In this document: piece after piece, positions 60,702 through 64,000 of the stretch
Layout: each line of letters begins with the position of its first letter
How positions within the stretch are numbered: position 1 is the first letter of the stretch
NCBI GenBank assembly: GCA_016928305.1
Contig: JAFGKY010000004.1
Span: 52-64,051, forward strand
Reading direction: 5' to 3'
DNA length: 64,000 nucleotides
Source of the DNA: Bacteroidales bacterium
GTDB taxonomy: Bacteria > Bacteroidota > Bacteroidia > Bacteroidales > UBA10428
The notes under the pieces: model-generated
What the model saw: only the letters and a program-made list of their open reading frames with translations
Databases searched by the model: none
What the model was told of the DNA's origin: nothing
Position numbers and translations under genes: made by a program

Positions 60702-61280
60702 TTACCTTTCCTCTGTTTTGATCAGATTCAGCCGGATAGCATTCCGGGCATGATACAGGTTGGTTTTAACCGAACCCTCCGATAGTTGCATAACCTGGCA
60801 GACCTCCTCGATTTTGAGATCCTGCAGGTCACGCAGAATAAACACCATTCGCTGTTTCGGACTCAGATGATCCGCCAGCATTTTTATATGTTCTGCCATA
60901 TCTTTTTCTTCCAGTTTTTTCATTTCATCCTGCTGATTCATCCAGTCCTGACTATTATCCGCTGATGATGTCTGATAATCCGTAAACCTGTTTTTGCTCT
61001 TAAGCCTGTCAATACATAGATTCACTACGATCCGGTATACCCAGGTGGTAAATTTTCCCCTGAAATTAAAAAAACTGAGGTTCAGCCAGACTTTGATAAA
61101 TGTATCCTGCACAATATCTTCTGCTTCCTGTCTGTGAAGGAGAGACCGGAATGCCAGGCTGTATACATAATGCTGATGGCGTTCCACCAGCCTGCGAAAG
61201 GCCGAAAGATCACCCTGGATGCTTTGCCTGATCAAGGTATGATCATTTTCGGGGTGATCTTCAATGGTATGTCCTTTCAC
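60702..61280 (-). CDS. ECF RNA polymerase sigma-70 factor
   Basis: AEDIVQDTFIKVW, FTTWVYRIVVNLCID, GSVKTNLYHAR. Confidence 0.93.
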   Translation of the reverse strand: MKGHTIEDHPENDHTLIRQSIQGDLSAFRRLVERHQHYVYSLAFRSLLHRQEAEDIVQDTFIKVWLNLSFFNFRGKFTTWVYRIVVNLCIDRLKSKNRFTDYQTSSADNSQDWMNQQDEMKKLEEKDMAEHIKMLADHLSPKQRMVFILRDLQDLKIEEVCQVMQLSEGSVKTNLYHARNAIRLNLIKTEER

Positions 61281-61372
61281 AGATAATCTTGTTTATGGAT
61301 GATACGATCGGGCACCAAAAAGGTCAAATTCCTATACTTCATTGGGATTTCAAACACTACAACGGAGTATAT

Positions 61373-64000
<2,628 letters not shown>

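Overview
This 64 kb window looks like a chromosomal segment from a Bacteroidota organism, probably an anaerobic Bacteroidales (TAnnTTTG promoters, T9SS C-terminal domains, a hybrid two-component system). It begins with an ArsR-controlled arsP/arsG/arsF-type cluster. Next is a 13 kb co-oriented cluster (2677-15552) encoding a citrate-lyase-like CitD-CitE fusion, CitF, a homoisocitrate-dehydrogenase-like enzyme, an HD-fold protein, two fused homoaconitase-like enzymes, an ALDH7-type aminoadipate-semialdehyde dehydrogenase and both saccharopine enzymes. Housekeeping genes follow (lysA, yidC, pyrG, addA-like, rpsF-rpsR-rplI, dnaX, icd, secA, dapA), together with an HTCS/GH5 pair, three tandem T9SS-tagged DUF362 proteins, an ECF sigma/anti-sigma operon and a partial GH2. 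The best candidate for an undescribed system is the 2677-15552 cluster. It reads as an alpha-aminoadipate pathway run in reverse: redox-neutral, CO2-incorporating lysine breakdown ending in a putative homocitrate lyase. Other signals are an A9 slippage site in dnaX, a four-helix-bundle gene inside a 21-bp inverted repeat, stop-codon-overlapping heptamer repeats, nested REP-like palindromes, a three-copy ArsR operator and an unannotated 34-aa membrane peptide. All family assignments come from motif recognition by eye; no searches were run.
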